Shown piece after piece: positions 10,774 to 21,151 of a DNA stretch of 64,000 nucleotides. Source of the DNA: an uncultured virus (IMG/VR IMGVR_UViG_3300037043_000022) (taxonomy: Duplodnaviria > Heunggongvirae > Uroviricota > Caudoviricetes); IMG/VR virus record IMGVR_UViG_3300037043_000022; one strand, given 5' to 3'. The notes beneath the pieces were generated by a model that saw only the letters and a program-made list of their open reading frames with translations, did no database searches and was not told where the DNA came from. The translations under genes were made by a program, and so were the position numbers. Every line of letters begins with the position of its first letter. Position 1 is the stretch's first letter.

Positions 10774-12563
10774 AGAGCGTTACGATTAGTGGTTTTAGAT
10801 CTTTTGGTGTAGAAGAAACGACGATTCGTCTCGACAATCTCGGTCCGACTTTGATAATTGGCCATAATGGTGACGATGTTAGCAACGGCGCTGGCAAGAG
10901 CACTTTGGTAGATGCTATATTGTGGTGCTTATTTGGCAAAATGCCGTCGTCAGAACGACCAGCAAACAATGTAATAGGTTGGGGTCTAGATGAATGTTAT
11001 GTGTCATTGGAGACCGACACTGGACATACAATTAAACGATTCAGAAGAAAGAATGCCAACGAATTATTCATTTATAAAGATCAGACCGACATCACTCATT
11101 CGACGAGCACTAATACGCAAGCCACATTAAACAAAATGTTCGATCTGGATTACGAATTGTTCATAGCCGGAACGTTCTTCGGACAATTCAGTAAACCATT
11201 CTTAGAATTACCGGACGCAAAACGCCGTAAATCACTCGAAAGATTATTGCACCTCCATAGAATGAACGTCCGCGCCGAAATAGCTGGCGAAAAGGTCAAA
11301 GAACTCAACCAGATGCAATCGATGAATGCAATTGCATATGATGACATGGTTTCTGAATTAAGCCGAATAGAATCTGACATTGTAAACACCAAACAAAAGA
11401 TGAAACCGTTCGAGATTGAGAGATCAGATAAGATCAAGAAGATGACAATGGCGTTATCCACTATGGAAGAAAAATTGACCAGAGATGGGAATCTGATCGA
11501 CATTCAGGATCTAAAAAAGAAATGGGAAGTCGTATCAAAGGTTCAGAGCAAAATAAATGCGATGCGATCGAAAATTGACGATTATAATTCTAATGAATTA
11601 TTAAACATCAATTCGAAAATCGATTCTAGAAATAGAATAATGGATGAATGGAAAAAGAAATCCGGTGGGATCTGTGCGAAATGTCTACAAAAAATCGATC
11701 CAAATCATGCCAAAAAACACATTGATGAAATCATAGAGGAAATGTCAAAATTGGTTGACGCAAAGACGCAGATAACGACCACAATCAATCAATTAAGAAC
11801 GACTGCCAATAAAGCGGAACAAAAATTAGAAGAGATCAAACCAAAAATCACGGCGCGTGAAGCAGAATTACATAATGCATCTGTAAACAATCTGGTTAGA
11901 GACATTTCTCAGCATAAATTAATGATTGAATCTAAACAGAACGAAAGGAATCCCTACGAAACGTTAATAGATGAATATAATAAACAATTAATAAAGACCA
12001 AAGAAAAATTGCGAGACCATGATCTGAAGACGACAAAACTGAACGTCTTCATAAGACATGTTGATTATATCTACAAAATGTATCATGACAAAAACAAATT
12101 AAAGAGTCTGATATTGACTGATTTGATACCATATTTAAATAATAGACTTTCATATTATATAGAAGCAGTTGGTCTTGATACTAAGTTAGAATTTAATCAA
12201 TATCTACAATGTAAGAGCGACAAATGGGATTACGTCTGGTTTTCCGGCGGTGAGAAAAAGAGAATTGACGTCGCATTGATGTTTGCACTATATGATCTAC
12301 ATTCTGCCATATATGGCAAACAATGCAACATATTAGTGCTTGATGAGATAGATGGGAGATTGGATAAGAGTGGGATACAATCATTCGTCGAGATCATTTG
12401 GAAGGATTTTGTAAACAATGACCAAATGACCGATCGTCCGGATAGTATATTAGTCATAAGTCATAAATCAGAAATGTTCGACGCATTTCCGACCAAAATC
12501 ATAGTAGAAAAACGACCACCTGGTGTGAATGGTAAATCAACGGTCAGAATTGAAGGACTATGA
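10761..12563 (+). CDS. Rad50/SbcC-like ABC ATPase (T4 gp46-like)
   Basis: FRSFG, NGAGKST, coiled coil with CAKC zinc hook, FSGGE, LDE, ISH. Confidence 0.95.
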   Translation: MLGLKSVTISGFRSFGVEETTIRLDNLGPTLIIGHNGDDVSNGAGKSTLVDAILWCLFGKMPSSERPANNVIGWGLDECYVSLETDTGHTIKRFRRKNANELFIYKDQTDITHSTSTNTQATLNKMFDLDYELFIAGTFFGQFSKPFLELPDAKRRKSLERLLHLHRMNVRAEIAGEKVKELNQMQSMNAIAYDDMVSELSRIESDIVNTKQKMKPFEIERSDKIKKMTMALSTMEEKLTRDGNLIDIQDLKKKWEVVSKVQSKINAMRSKIDDYNSNELLNINSKIDSRNRIMDEWKKKSGGICAKCLQKIDPNHAKKHIDEIIEEMSKLVDAKTQITTTINQLRTTANKAEQKLEEIKPKITAREAELHNASVNNLVRDISQHKLMIESKQNERNPYETLIDEYNKQLIKTKEKLRDHDLKTTKLNVFIRHVDYIYKMYHDKNKLKSLILTDLIPYLNNRLSYYIEAVGLDTKLEFNQYLQCKSDKWDYVWFSGGEKKRIDVALMFALYDLHSAIYGKQCNILVLDEIDGRLDKSGIQSFVEIIWKDFVNNDQMTDRPDSILVISHKSEMFDAFPTKIIVEKRPPGVNGKSTVRIEGL

Positions 12564-13096
12564 AAAGTCATTCAAAAATAAGACAGGAGGATGGAATGCG
12601 ACAAACAATTCAGGAAAAAATTAGAATGATGTTTAACCTTGAATATGCCAAAAGGCTGCTCATTCGTTATTTCATCAAAAAGGGATTTGCAGATAATTTC
12701 GACATACATGTTTATCCCCCTATGATTGCTGATTTATCTAAAGAAATACCTCAACTTTTAGGCAAGGTGGAAATCGTACCATACATGGAAGAAATAGACC
12801 CATCAAGCGGCACAGTAAGAGTTGGATGGAATTTATTTGTTTTGGGACATAGTAGAATGTACTTGGGTAATTCAACCCACAAGGACATTAATGAATTGAA
12901 TCTTGGTCAGTATGCTGGTGCGACGTCGATGTCTTCTAGAAAAATGGTTACGCCGAAACAGATCATCAAATTCATCGTAGGTGAATTACAACATAAACAA
13001 GGTGGATATCTTGATACCGCCCCAACCATTGCGCCTACGCCTATCACTGCATCGATGGCATCAAATCAATTCTATTCTAAAAAGAGACCGATTTGA
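12560..13096 (+). CDS. Hypothetical protein
   Basis: 178 aa ORF in operon context. Confidence 0.7.
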   Translation: MKSHSKIRQEDGMRQTIQEKIRMMFNLEYAKRLLIRYFIKKGFADNFDIHVYPPMIADLSKEIPQLLGKVEIVPYMEEIDPSSGTVRVGWNLFVLGHSRMYLGNSTHKDINELNLGQYAGATSMSSRKMVTPKQIIKFIVGELQHKQGGYLDTAPTIAPTPITASMASNQFYSKKRPI

Positions 13097-13380
13097 TGAC
13101 CCATGATGAAGAACTTTATCGCATCATTGACGAAGTACTTTATTATGTCTGGGATCCCATTGGAGTAGCAGAGACTCCACAAGCACGTAATGAATACCAT
13201 GAATATGTTCCGCAAGTTTTCCGCTTACTCAAAGAGGATGTAACTGCAACTGTGATCGCGGAGCATTTATTAAAAACGTCGATTAAACATATGGCTATCG
13301 ACCAGAATCGTCATGGAATGGTAGTTGCAGAAATTCTTCTACAATGGAAAGCAATAATTAGCAGAAAGTATAATCATTAA
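13096..13380 (+). CDS. Small conserved-looking hypothetical protein (WDPIG...EY motif)
   Basis: 94 aa; LYYVWDPIGV...NEYHEYV. Confidence 0.6.
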   Translation: MTHDEELYRIIDEVLYYVWDPIGVAETPQARNEYHEYVPQVFRLLKEDVTATVIAEHLLKTSIKHMAIDQNRHGMVVAEILLQWKAIISRKYNH

Positions 13381-13739
13381 TTTATCAAACAGTTTGCTGT
13401 GAGTGGTGCTTCTTCAACTAATGCTGATTCACAATCAAATCCCGTAATTGCATGGACTATCCCGTCCAATTGGGATGTTAATAAATAAAGTTCTTTGGTC
13501 ATAGCTTTTGGTTGTGCAATTACAAAAAGATATATGGAATTATCCTCACCGAATTTCAAGGCAAACCGTTCAATTTCAATTTTCATAGATCGCAATAATG
13601 TCTTCCAGCGTCCCAATAATTCAACCAGAACAGCCATCTGTTCAGTTACTGTTTTCTCATTGGTTATTTTTCTCTGAACGTTTGAAAGCCATTCTTGTGT
13701 TAATATAGTCTCAAATTGGACTTGGTTCTCCACTTTCAA
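13377..13739 (-). CDS. Hypothetical protein
   Basis: 120 aa; AAGGAGG RBS; coupled to the upstream gene. Confidence 0.6.
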   Translation of the reverse strand: MKVENQVQFETILTQEWLSNVQRKITNEKTVTEQMAVLVELLGRWKTLLRSMKIEIERFALKFGEDNSIYLFVIAQPKAMTKELYLLTSQLDGIVHAITGFDCESALVEEAPLTANCLIN

Positions 13740-14788
13740 CCCTCCTTTGGGCGAGCCTTGATCTGTTCAACTAATTTAAGTATGTCATCGACGGCAGTTT
13801 TATGGTCGAGTCTATTGAAACGATTGGCGAACGGCCATGGGTTCCAGGCGCTACAAATGACATATCTGTCTCTTTCATTTTCCGTTAAATTGTCTGCAGC
13901 CCATTGATAACTATTGGCCTCATGTTTAAACCTATCCTTACGTATGTTAGGGCTGACATCAGGATTCGTCCCATAATGATGTAATTTTCCAGTTTTTGGA
14001 TCAGCACACATGTCTAACCCAAAAATAAATACTTTATCATAATTCATATAATGCGCAGTCTGCATGTTTGCATATACCGTTGATCTACCTATGTGATATC
14101 CTTGCATTAAATCTCTAGAGAATCCTATCCCCTGCTTTATTCTAACTATGGTTCTATTCTCAGTTCTGTCTTTGACTCTGACAGAGGTAGCTGTGATTAC
14201 GTGCGTTCTAGTGTCATTCCAATTGTCTGGATTTCGCAAATATTGAGTATGATCGCAGATTGACCACCATCTAGTCGGCCATAGTCTTTTGTCTGGTTTG
14301 TTAATTGACATTATATCAATCAATTCGACGCCTTTTAATTTATCTAGTGGTGCTTCTGAAATCGATGGACCATTACCTACAACGATCAATATACGTCCTT
14401 TTCCTACGTCTCTTAATTGTGCAACGTTAGCATCTATGGCGTTGATTAATGTTTTTCGTATTCCTGCGACGTTGGCTGATGTCTTTTTTAATTGTATACG
14501 TTTCGGTTGAGCCACAACCGACGGCCTTCTAAGCTCTTGCGGCGTTGGTCGTCGTAATTGTTGAGGTTGAGGTTGAGGTTGAGGTTGAGGTTGCAATTGA
14601 GGTTGTGGTACAGGTGATGGTCGAGAATGTTGCACCACCAACGTAGATGATTGCCGTTTTAATGTTTGTGGAATTTTTGCCGTCTTGGTTGCTCTAGCCG
14701 CAGCTATTGTTTGTCGCCCAAGATTTACAAATTTTGGCAGATTATGTTTTATCGTTATGTTAACGCGTCTCATTGGCGGCGATGCCAT
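13736..14788 (-). CDS. Maf/DUF115 (MptE-like) or sialyltransferase-like glycosyltransferase with PQ-rich N-terminus
   Basis: IVVGNGPS, MSIN, VFIFGLDM and HHY motifs; (PQ)n tract. Confidence 0.7.
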   Translation of the reverse strand: MASPPMRRVNITIKHNLPKFVNLGRQTIAAARATKTAKIPQTLKRQSSTLVVQHSRPSPVPQPQLQPQPQPQPQPQQLRRPTPQELRRPSVVAQPKRIQLKKTSANVAGIRKTLINAIDANVAQLRDVGKGRILIVVGNGPSISEAPLDKLKGVELIDIMSINKPDKRLWPTRWWSICDHTQYLRNPDNWNDTRTHVITATSVRVKDRTENRTIVRIKQGIGFSRDLMQGYHIGRSTVYANMQTAHYMNYDKVFIFGLDMCADPKTGKLHHYGTNPDVSPNIRKDRFKHEANSYQWAADNLTENERDRYVICSAWNPWPFANRFNRLDHKTAVDDILKLVEQIKARPKEG

Positions 14789-15431
14789 GTCTTTTCCTCG
14801 ATTTACATTTATGACATAATTTTGTTTGGAACAAACTACATGTTAGGACTCTCACCTGCTCACCACATTTACAATTAATCAAACATGACGTTCTCTTTTT
14901 TAAATGATCACGTATGAAAGAACCCGGCACGACATTTGGATAACGATCAATTATGTATTTATAGTCATCATTGTCATTGGTTAGTTTCTCGTTAGATACT
15001 TGACAAGGAATTAACGGTGTGGTAAAATTGCACACGGACATAAAATTTTGGCTTCTTTCATAGGATTTGATATCAATGAGCTTTGTTGAAATTTTTTGCT
15101 TGTACTTGTCTATTTGTTGTTTGAGCCTTTTGGCTTTATTCATTTTCGAGTACAATAAGTGGAATGCAGTGGTCGTTAATAAATTAAATACTGGTGCTTT
15201 GCCAGCGACAAATCGCAATTTCCCTGAATTGATCTTATCCAGGATTGCTGTCGTAGCGTCGTGGGTATGTTCAATTTTTTCGTCATCATTTTTAGGATTG
15301 AAATGTGTTGACACTCCGTCGCATATTTTGTAAACCATCAACGATAGAGACTCCCATTTCTGTGGGTCTTTGTCGTTTAGCCATCCTCCCCATGTCTTTT
15401 CAAGTTCTTTCGTATCGACGTACTTTGTCAT
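14760..15431 (-). CDS. T4 gp55-like late sigma factor with Cys-rich C-terminus
   Basis: KYVDTKEL, KICDGVS and KAPVFNLLTTTAFHLLYSKMNK resemble gp55 N-terminal and region 2 motifs. Confidence 0.55.
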   Translation of the reverse strand: MTKYVDTKELEKTWGGWLNDKDPQKWESLSLMVYKICDGVSTHFNPKNDDEKIEHTHDATTAILDKINSGKLRFVAGKAPVFNLLTTTAFHLLYSKMNKAKRLKQQIDKYKQKISTKLIDIKSYERSQNFMSVCNFTTPLIPCQVSNEKLTNDNDDYKYIIDRYPNVVPGSFIRDHLKKRTSCLINCKCGEQVRVLTCSLFQTKLCHKCKSRKRHGIAANETR

Positions 15432-15461
15432 GTTTGCTCCCCCCAAGAGCATTAAAATACT

Positions 15462-16730
15462 GTGGATCATTTAACATTAGATTTGGAGAAAACAGAAATG
15501 CGCCAAGTAGCCAAACTCTTCCTCAGAGGAAAACGATACAACGACACATTGAAAAATTTGTCGGATGGGGACAGAGAAAGGCTAGACACATTGATACGGC
15601 GAGTACGAAGCATGCCAGAAATGCAAAAATGTCGGAGCATTTTCTGTAGGAAATTGGCCACCACAATTAAAAACGAATATTGTAACCCAGAAGTGGCTCA
15701 GGGTGAATTTGACATAGCAGTCATGCGAGCTGGTGTCACGACTTTGTTCGTGCAGCCAGTAGAGAATGAAGTATTAAATGATCCAAACCAAATGAGGAAA
15801 ATTTTTACATATTGGGTGTTTAATTATCTAAAACAGATCATTAGGGAAAACGTAATACCAGCGGTTACAATTTCACAGAAGAAGAAAATTGCGGGTGAGG
15901 AAATAGTCATAGAAGAGATTAAAAAATTATTAAATTCACAAGGACTCGAAAACAGATATGTTTTAACGCATGATGAAAATCACACGTTCATCAAATTAGA
16001 TACTGATCACTGTAGTAGCAACGTAATGTCAATATTAAACATGGATGATGGCATAATTGGAGCATCCAAATTCGTAGACATAGTCAAAAGATCTGGATGT
16101 TCTATAAACGTAATTCCTGGCATGATAATCATCACCCGTCTGAATGACATAACCATTACCGTGGAGCAGAGGCATAAAGAGAATTTATCTATAACGAGTT
16201 TTGAGGGTGGTGATGAAGAAAACGATAGATATAGAGATTCACTAGAATATCGGATGCAGACTGATAACCGCAAACACAACGAAATTGAGCGCAAGAGCGT
16301 AAATCTTAGAGAGATCGATGATTTAATTCCGGAAGAATGTAGAGACGTCTATTTAATAATGTCCGATCCACCAGACATTTTCTTAATGGAATTTGGTGAA
16401 GAAGCAAGATATAATTATTCAATGATAGCCAAATTCCTGGGCTTACATTCAAGTTCAGTAAAGGAGAAATTGCGCATAATCAGAATGACATTAATGCAGA
16501 ATGATATAATACCACAATTAACAAAGCACAACATGGATGAGGAACGGAAACCAACGCCACATGATGATGTGAGTAAAGGATATACGATTGGCAGTAAATG
16601 GATTGACAATCATGGCATTGAATACGTCTGTATGGACAATAATGCAAATTCTGCACAATGGGAAATATATATGGACAAAGATGCCATTAATGTCGTCAAT
16701 TTAGTTGAATCATATTCCAATCAGATATAA
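15462..16730 (+). CDS. Possible sigma-like/HTH protein with an appended C-terminal module
   Basis: FTYWVFNYLKQIIRE (region 2-like); YSMIAKFLGLHSSSVKEKL (region 4 HTH-like). Confidence 0.45.
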   Translation: MDHLTLDLEKTEMRQVAKLFLRGKRYNDTLKNLSDGDRERLDTLIRRVRSMPEMQKCRSIFCRKLATTIKNEYCNPEVAQGEFDIAVMRAGVTTLFVQPVENEVLNDPNQMRKIFTYWVFNYLKQIIRENVIPAVTISQKKKIAGEEIVIEEIKKLLNSQGLENRYVLTHDENHTFIKLDTDHCSSNVMSILNMDDGIIGASKFVDIVKRSGCSINVIPGMIIITRLNDITITVEQRHKENLSITSFEGGDEENDRYRDSLEYRMQTDNRKHNEIERKSVNLREIDDLIPEECRDVYLIMSDPPDIFLMEFGEEARYNYSMIAKFLGLHSSSVKEKLRIIRMTLMQNDIIPQLTKHNMDEERKPTPHDDVSKGYTIGSKWIDNHGIEYVCMDNNANSAQWEIYMDKDAINVVNLVESYSNQI

Positions 16731-16927
16731 CGCCACCCTTGGGGTGGTGATTGATTAGGTTGGTGTGATTGCACGTTTTGGCCCATATTACGGCTTATGC
16801 CAGGATTTTTCTTCCCTGGCGCATTCTGAGGGCCACGTTGTTTCAGATCACGTGCCCAACAATAACCAGCCCCACGTCCAGTCATTGGTCCTTTCCCAGC
16901 GGGTCCAGTACCGTCTCTCTGTGGCAT
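16721..16927 (-). CDS. DUF5320-family small protein
   Basis: Signature MPxxDGTGPxGxGPMTGRGAGYC; AAGGAG RBS. Confidence 0.8.
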   Translation of the reverse strand: MPQRDGTGPAGKGPMTGRGAGYCWARDLKQRGPQNAPGKKNPGISRNMGQNVQSHQPNQSPPQGWRYI

Positions 16928-17042
16928 GTTTTAACTCCTTTCTTTTCTTTTCTCGTTGCTGTTATCGGCTTTTTTGCCGAATTTCCCGGAAGGTCGATCA
17001 TTGACGACTATGAATTCATTCTTAATCGTCATTTGTCCATAT

Positions 17043-17501
17043 TTATTTCCCCCACCGTATGGACCGGCGGCGGTCTTTTTTTGTTCCGGTTTTGTTGGCA
17101 TATCTAGGTCTCCTCAGTTTCATGACGTACACAGGGAAAGGTGAACGATACAACGTAATCTTCCCATATATTTTTGCCGCTACGATCATGTCACGCGACA
17201 ATGCGACGTTCAGAATATCAATGACTAATTTCTGATCCAAATCTTTTGGCAAACTAACTAATATCGAATTCAAATCATTATATGTATTGATCAATTTACC
17301 TAAAACATGACCAAGATCGTTTGTTTTAAAGTAATTATGTAATTTCACGTATTTTTTGCATTCGGCACATTTTAATACTTTAATTACACCATCCCTGACA
17401 ATTTTTGAGCCAATGCCGTTGCAATTAGGACAATCTACCCAACTTCGTTTAGTGAGCCGTATCGGATTAACAATGTATTTCATGTCTATGGTCACCACCA
17501 C
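17043..17501 (-). CDS. Hypothetical Zn-ribbon protein
   Basis: CPNC...CAEC. Confidence 0.55.
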   Translation of the reverse strand: MVVTIDMKYIVNPIRLTKRSWVDCPNCNGIGSKIVRDGVIKVLKCAECKKYVKLHNYFKTNDLGHVLGKLINTYNDLNSILVSLPKDLDQKLVIDILNVALSRDMIVAAKIYGKITLYRSPFPVYVMKLRRPRYANKTGTKKDRRRSIRWGK

Positions 17502-18012
17502 AGTTTATCTATGCGGCCCAATTGAACATGATGCCAAGCCCGGCGACTGGCGTGATTGGTGGACGTATAAATTATCTACGATAAGAGACATATCAAACAG
17601 AAATTTAATATCGATTCTCAATCCGTTGATCAAGCCACATGGCATGCCAAAAGAAGCATACTTGCCACAAGATGAATATTGGAAAATGTTGAATGAACGC
17701 AAAAACGTTAAGGATGCATTTGTTGGTATGAACGCCTGCATAGAAATGTGTAGAACTATGGTGACAATTAGTGACGTCATATTATGTCGTCTACCAAAAA
17801 TTTTTACAGTTGGCACCATAGAGGAATTGTTGCTTGCCAAGCAACTGAGCAAAGATGTCTTCTTCGATTGTCCAGACGGAATACCATCTTTCTGGCTTTT
17901 GGCTGAATTCGCCAAACATGATACAATAGATGAGACGTTTTTTCTCAATCCAGAGAAATTGTTAGAAGCAATCACAGGATTGGCTAGAAGGAGAAATGCA
18001 TGTTTGGTTTGA
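17482..18012 (+). CDS. Nucleoside 2-deoxyribosyltransferase-like / N-glycosidase
   Basis: VYLCGPI, WR, ILNP, SDVIL and GTIEEL motifs; start approximate. Confidence 0.75.
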   Translation: MSMVTTTVYLCGPIEHDAKPGDWRDWWTYKLSTIRDISNRNLISILNPLIKPHGMPKEAYLPQDEYWKMLNERKNVKDAFVGMNACIEMCRTMVTISDVILCRLPKIFTVGTIEELLLAKQLSKDVFFDCPDGIPSFWLLAEFAKHDTIDETFFLNPEKLLEAITGLARRRNACLV

Positions 18013-18794
18013 CATCGAGATTTGAAATCAATATCGGAAATGAATCAACCCCAATGGAAACGGCAGACACCATCACTTTCGCCGCCAAATATCGTTGTCC
18101 TGCAATAGTCATACCACCCATATTGGTGCCTGTTGCTATCGTTGAACGGTCGAAGATACGTGCACAATATAAAATCATAACCGCAATTGATTTTGATAGA
18201 TCCAACAATTATGCGCTGGATAAATTCAAAAATCTTGACCGAAGCGTCTTTCAATCGGATGGATTTGACGTATTAATAACTGAAGGTAAAAATCTAGGCG
18301 AGACAATTAATGAAATGAAAGCCCTAACTGAATTCATCAGAACTAGAATTAATCCGACATTAGAGATCAGATTCGTTCTAGGTGCATTGCATCGTAGTAA
18401 AGAAGCAATTGATCTCATATTACAAGCTGCGAAGAGCGTGCCGGTTGCATATATTAGAACGGACCATCATTTAGTGTCGCCAAAATGCAATGATGACGTA
18501 CAAAATAGCATCATATCTAGCATCAGAAAAGTCATACCGTACCCAATCAAATTGAGTTGTAACATCACATTAGATACGTGTCAGAAATTCAACGTTAATA
18601 GATTCGACGTTACCACAACACAGATCAAGGAAATAATTAAACGGAGCGTCGAACAGACAAAATCCGATGACTCCATAAAACAGGACATAAAAACGTTTAG
18701 GACGATGGGTTATTCAGAGACAGAATCAATACGTAGGGCGATGGCAAGTAGAGAAGATAAAAATGATGGCACTCTTCCATTTCCAGAGGATTAA
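18000..18794 (+). CDS. Divergent DeoC (deoxyribose-phosphate aldolase)-like TIM barrel
   Basis: AAKYRCPAIVIPP, TAIDF, GFDVLI, YIRT and IKLS follow the DeoC strand order. Confidence 0.5.
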   Translation: MFGLTSRFEINIGNESTPMETADTITFAAKYRCPAIVIPPILVPVAIVERSKIRAQYKIITAIDFDRSNNYALDKFKNLDRSVFQSDGFDVLITEGKNLGETINEMKALTEFIRTRINPTLEIRFVLGALHRSKEAIDLILQAAKSVPVAYIRTDHHLVSPKCNDDVQNSIISSIRKVIPYPIKLSCNITLDTCQKFNVNRFDVTTTQIKEIIKRSVEQTKSDDSIKQDIKTFRTMGYSETESIRRAMASREDKNDGTLPFPED

Positions 18795-19361
18795 ATGAAC
18801 GGACCATTACCTGATCACGAAATAAATTCACTTGGGATAGTTAATCCATGCGAATCTAAACAGAATCTCATATACGGGCGTAAAGTGCCGTCGTGGGGGT
18901 TGCAATCATTTGGATATGATGCGACGCTCGACAAAAACGAATTCTTTGCATTTTCAAACGTTGGGGGTGGCATTATTGACCCAAGGAAATTTGACGATAA
19001 ACTATTGGTAAAGATGGAGCCAAGAATAGATGGAGATGGTCTGGCATATTTCATCGTGCCGAGCAACGGAACTGCACTAGGAGTAACTAGGGAAGCATTT
19101 CTTATGCCTAATGACGTATTGGGCATGGTATTTGGCAAAAGTACTTATTCTAGATGTGCATTGGTTATTAATTGTACGTTACTTGAACCGGGTTGGGTTG
19201 GCAGATTGGTAATTGAATTACATAATTCATCTCCAATACCAATCAAAGTATATGCAGAAGCAGGGATATGTCAGATAGTATTCGTTAGGGGTAATTTACC
19301 AAACCATATCTATGATGGTAAGTATCAACACCAAAACCGTTTGATAACGGCTAAGATTTAG
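18795..19361 (+). CDS. dcd: dCTP deaminase
   Basis: SWGLQSFGYD, GKSTYSRC, LEPGWVG, GICQI, YDGKYQ. Confidence 0.95.
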   Translation: MNGPLPDHEINSLGIVNPCESKQNLIYGRKVPSWGLQSFGYDATLDKNEFFAFSNVGGGIIDPRKFDDKLLVKMEPRIDGDGLAYFIVPSNGTALGVTREAFLMPNDVLGMVFGKSTYSRCALVINCTLLEPGWVGRLVIELHNSSPIPIKVYAEAGICQIVFVRGNLPNHIYDGKYQHQNRLITAKI

Positions 19362-19370
19362 GAGGTCACA

Positions 19371-19583
19371 ATGTTCAAAAAGAAAATCACGATAGAGTTA
19401 CCGAAAAATGAGGCCGAATTATTGCTGGAAGCTTTAAATCTGCTTCCTAAGAACAAGCGCACCATAGTATATGAGAAATTACATGCCAATATCCAAAACG
19501 TAGTAACGCTGTATATGAATGCCGAGAGAGTCGAGATGATTAAGAAACGACAAGATGAATTAAAATCAAAGATTAGGAGATAA
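19371..19583 (+). CDS. Hypothetical protein
   Basis: 70 aa; AGGAGG RBS. Confidence 0.75.
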   Translation: MFKKKITIELPKNEAELLLEALNLLPKNKRTIVYEKLHANIQNVVTLYMNAERVEMIKKRQDELKSKIRR

Positions 19584-19585
19584 CC

Positions 19586-20278
19586 ATGCCAATCATTTGT
19601 CTCGAAGGACCGGATTGTACCGGCAAATCAACCGTTGCTGCTGCAATAATAGAATGGTTGCAAATCACATCAAGGCAGGCAATCTTGGCGAATAATCCAG
19701 GATCAACACCACTGGGTAAGACCATACGCAAATTAATCAAACAGCCGGAGACGTTCTCAGACGACATCCAAATAGATCCACGCACTGAGCGGTTGTTGTT
19801 TTTGTGTGATAATTCAGTTTTTGTAGAGACGATACTCAAAAAGAACCTTGATAAATGGATCATAATGGATCGCTGTAATTTCATAAGCGACATTGTGTAT
19901 GGCGAATCGCTTGGCGTAGACCTAACGACGATTCAAAAAATGCATGCCTGTATTGAGAGTCCACCATTGATCGACATGTTGTTTGTCTTCAAATGCTGTG
20001 ATGAAGTTTTAGAAATTAGACGTAAAGCAAGAAATGAACGCTGTAGGATAGAACGATATGGAGATGATTACTTAAAACGAGTCAACAAATCATATTCTAC
20101 GATATTAGAGACGCATGGATATTACCTTAAGAATTTCGTTAAAAGCAAGCAAGTCAATGGTATTTGTGGTTCACCAGCGAGAACAATACTACATGCAGAA
20201 TATGTTGACGTCTCTATGCCAGTTGGTGAGGTCGTCAGGACTATAATTGAAAAAATTAAGATCAATCAAGGAATTTAG
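19586..20278 (+). CDS. tmk: Thymidylate (dNMP) kinase
   Basis: LEGPDCTGKST, PGSTPLG, MDR. Confidence 0.92.
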   Translation: MPIICLEGPDCTGKSTVAAAIIEWLQITSRQAILANNPGSTPLGKTIRKLIKQPETFSDDIQIDPRTERLLFLCDNSVFVETILKKNLDKWIIMDRCNFISDIVYGESLGVDLTTIQKMHACIESPPLIDMLFVFKCCDEVLEIRRKARNERCRIERYGDDYLKRVNKSYSTILETHGYYLKNFVKSKQVNGICGSPARTILHAEYVDVSMPVGEVVRTIIEKIKINQGI

Positions 20279-20297
20279 AAATAGGAGAATGAAAAAC

Positions 20298-20858
20298 ATG
20301 AATGGTCTAGAGAAATATTCGAAAGATGAAATTAATTTGGTTCTAGACGTCATCAAGTGGAAAGAGGAACAGGAACATAAGCAATTAATTAGAATAAAAT
20401 ACACTGATGATGGGTATGGCGAAGCAGCTAAAGAATTTGGGTTACCACAACGTGCTTATGATGATGATGCTGGCCTTGATCTAGTGACCGTTCTTGATTC
20501 AGATTCGCGGGGACACGGATGTATGCGCATACATCCAGACGAACGTATCTGTTTACATACTGGTATTGTAGCGGAATTTCCAATTGGTTATTGGGGTATG
20601 ATCATACATCGGTCGAGTTCCGAACGGCGATTCAGATTACGGGTCGTAGAAGGTGTCATAGATGATTATCGAAATGAATTATTGATCCAAGTCCACAACA
20701 TGAATACATGGCCTATAGACATCGAACATGGACAGAAAATCGCTCAGTTAATCTTATTTAAAACGGTTAATTTTAAATGTGAAATAGCAGAGGCGCTGCG
20801 ACCAAGCAAACGGGGATCAAATGGATTTGGGTCATCTGGATTTAAGGCGGGTGTCTAA
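20298..20858 (+). CDS. dut: Trimeric dUTPase
   Basis: DAGLDL, RSS, GVIDDYR, KIAQL, RGSNGFGSSG. Confidence 0.92.
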   Translation: MNGLEKYSKDEINLVLDVIKWKEEQEHKQLIRIKYTDDGYGEAAKEFGLPQRAYDDDAGLDLVTVLDSDSRGHGCMRIHPDERICLHTGIVAEFPIGYWGMIIHRSSSERRFRLRVVEGVIDDYRNELLIQVHNMNTWPIDIEHGQKIAQLILFKTVNFKCEIAEALRPSKRGSNGFGSSGFKAGV

Positions 20859-21151
20859 TGATAGTGATGTATGCAAGAGTATGTGATGCGAAAAATCCAG
20901 ACGGCAAGCCAATAATTGTCATAGAGGGACCATTCTATGCTGGGACGGCTATTGATCAAAATCATCTTAGAGAGATTCTAAAAGTCGTCAACAATGACAA
21001 CAGAGGCGGTATGGTCATCATTAAAGTCTATAAAAATATGACGCTTGCCAAAGCATATAAAACCTCAGAGAAGGCATTTCTAAAAATATATGATGAAGTT
21101 TGTGCTACCAAACAAACATTGAGGAAAAAGAAAAATGGAATGGTACGATGA
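20858..21151 (+). CDS. Hypothetical protein
   Basis: 97 aa; translationally coupled. Confidence 0.65.
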   Translation: MIVMYARVCDAKNPDGKPIIVIEGPFYAGTAIDQNHLREILKVVNNDNRGGMVIIKVYKNMTLAKAYKTSEKAFLKIYDEVCATKQTLRKKKNGMVR

